Source: a virus (taxonomy: Duplodnaviria > Caudoviricetes). From it: DNA of 26,850 nt. Below, in pieces: positions 25,750 through 26,850 of the stretch. Each line of letters begins with the position of its first letter. Within the stretch, counting starts at the first letter, position 1. The translations under genes were made by a program, and so were the position numbers. The stretch is from positions 1-26,850 of IMG/VR virus record IMGVR_UViG_3300020042_001662. One strand, 5' to 3'. Below the pieces are notes generated by a model. The model saw only the letters and a list, made by a program, of their open reading frames with translations, was not told the origin of the DNA and did not search any database.

Positions 25750-26801
25750 CCGAACACACCATCCGTAAACACGCCCGTCTTTCAGCATCTCGCGCTGACC
25801 GCTTCATGACCTGCCCAGGCTCTTACCGCTTGGAAGAACTCATGCCCTACGAGCCCGCCGGCCCAGCAGCCGCCATCGGCACGGCCATCCATGAACTCTC
25901 AGAGAAGATCCTGCGCGGCGAGGCCATCAACGCCAGCGACTACCCCGATGACCATTTCGACATGGCCACAGAGTACGCCAGCTTCGTCAACAAGCTGGTC
26001 GAGAGCCCCCGCAAGCGCATGATTGAGGTCAATGTGGATGCTGGCCTCAAGTCGCTGCACTACGCGCTCGGCGGCACCGCTGACGCCGTGCTGGTGGACG
26101 GCGACCACCTCCATGTGATCGACCTCAAGACGGGCCGCGTGCTGGTCGAGGCCGAGGACAACAAGCAACTGCTGACCTACGCGCTCGGCGTTATGCGGCA
26201 ACTCAACGCCCCCGAGTCCATCACCTGCACCATGCACATCTACCAGCCCCGTGCCGGCCACAGCAAGTGGACCGTCTCCGGCGCTCAACTCATCCAACAC
26301 GGCCAAGACCTGCTGGCCGCTGCCAACCTGGCCCTGACCTTTGACGCGCCCACCAATCCAAGCACCAGTGCCTGCAAGTACTGCAAGGCCAAGCCCATCT
26401 GCCCGTCCATGCGGCAGAAGGTGCAGGACAACGCCCGCAAGGAATTCGCTGAGACTGTCAAGCTGGCCGAGAAGGACGAGACAGTCAAAGTGCCGCCAGT
26501 CACCCCCGAGATGGTCGAGTTAGCGCAACTGGCCGCATCGTGGTCCGAGGCTGTGCTGGACGCTGCAAAGAAACAGATCACAAACGGATCAAGCATCCAA
26601 GGCTGGACGCTGCGCTTAGGGCGCAAGACCAAGTTTTGGAAGTCTGATGCCTTGGCCTACGAGGCGCTGAAGTCATTCCCGCAAGCGTTCGACTTGAAGT
26701 CCCCGTCAGCCATCGCCAAGCTGGACATTGCCATCAGCGAAGACCTGATCGGTGAGAAGCACGCTGCTGCATCCCTGGTCAAAGAAAAGTCCAAAGACTA
26801 G
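25746..26801 (+). CDS. DUF2800 Cas4-like PD-(D/E)XK exonuclease
   Basis: HARLSAS..CPGS, GTAIHE, GGTADAV..IDLKTG, QLLTYALG, CKYCKAKPIC (split 4-Cys cluster). Confidence 0.88.
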   Translation: MTEHTIRKHARLSASRADRFMTCPGSYRLEELMPYEPAGPAAAIGTAIHELSEKILRGEAINASDYPDDHFDMATEYASFVNKLVESPRKRMIEVNVDAGLKSLHYALGGTADAVLVDGDHLHVIDLKTGRVLVEAEDNKQLLTYALGVMRQLNAPESITCTMHIYQPRAGHSKWTVSGAQLIQHGQDLLAAANLALTFDAPTNPSTSACKYCKAKPICPSMRQKVQDNARKEFAETVKLAEKDETVKVPPVTPEMVELAQLAASWSEAVLDAAKKQITNGSSIQGWTLRLGRKTKFWKSDALAYEALKSFPQAFDLKSPSAIAKLDIAISEDLIGEKHAAASLVKEKSKD

Positions 26802-26814
26802 AATCCACATCTCC

Positions 26815-26850
26815 AAAAGAAAACCCCTGACAGCGTGAACCGTCAGGGGT
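26815..26850. terminator. Terminator-like hairpin, possibly bidirectional
   Basis: ACCCCTGAC...GTCAGGGGT 9-bp stem preceded by AAAAGAAA; window ends at the stem. Confidence 0.6.

Noticed and set aside
25746-26801. Cas4-like nuclease as evidence of a CRISPR-Cas system
   Set aside because: No array or other cas genes; solo DUF2800 is a normal phage replication/recombination gene

Overview
The window is part of a tailed dsDNA phage genome with podovirus-like organisation. A freshwater betaproteobacterial host is a guess from composition and gene families. Positions 1-21979 form one + strand late region: small basic protein, portal, scaffold, major capsid, terminator, adaptor, several short tail-fibre genes with chaperones, a GIY-YIG endonuclease insertion, a lysis cassette, tail nozzle, ejection-type proteins, a Cys-rich protein and a ParB-like/ADP-ribosyltransferase-like polyvalent protein. 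Positions 21976-26850 form an early/replication region: small leftward genes, HTH and RHH regulators, DUF2815 SSB, SNF2-like helicase and DUF2800 Cas4-like nuclease. Three observations stand out. (1) The endonuclease has captured the first 11 codons of a tail gene and carries a synonymously recoded replacement start. (2) A 92-nt structured RNA candidate with a loop-E-like motif lies between the SSB and RHH genes. (3) A mosaic ParB+ART protein ends the ejection-protein cluster. All family calls come from motif recognition by eye, with no database searches.
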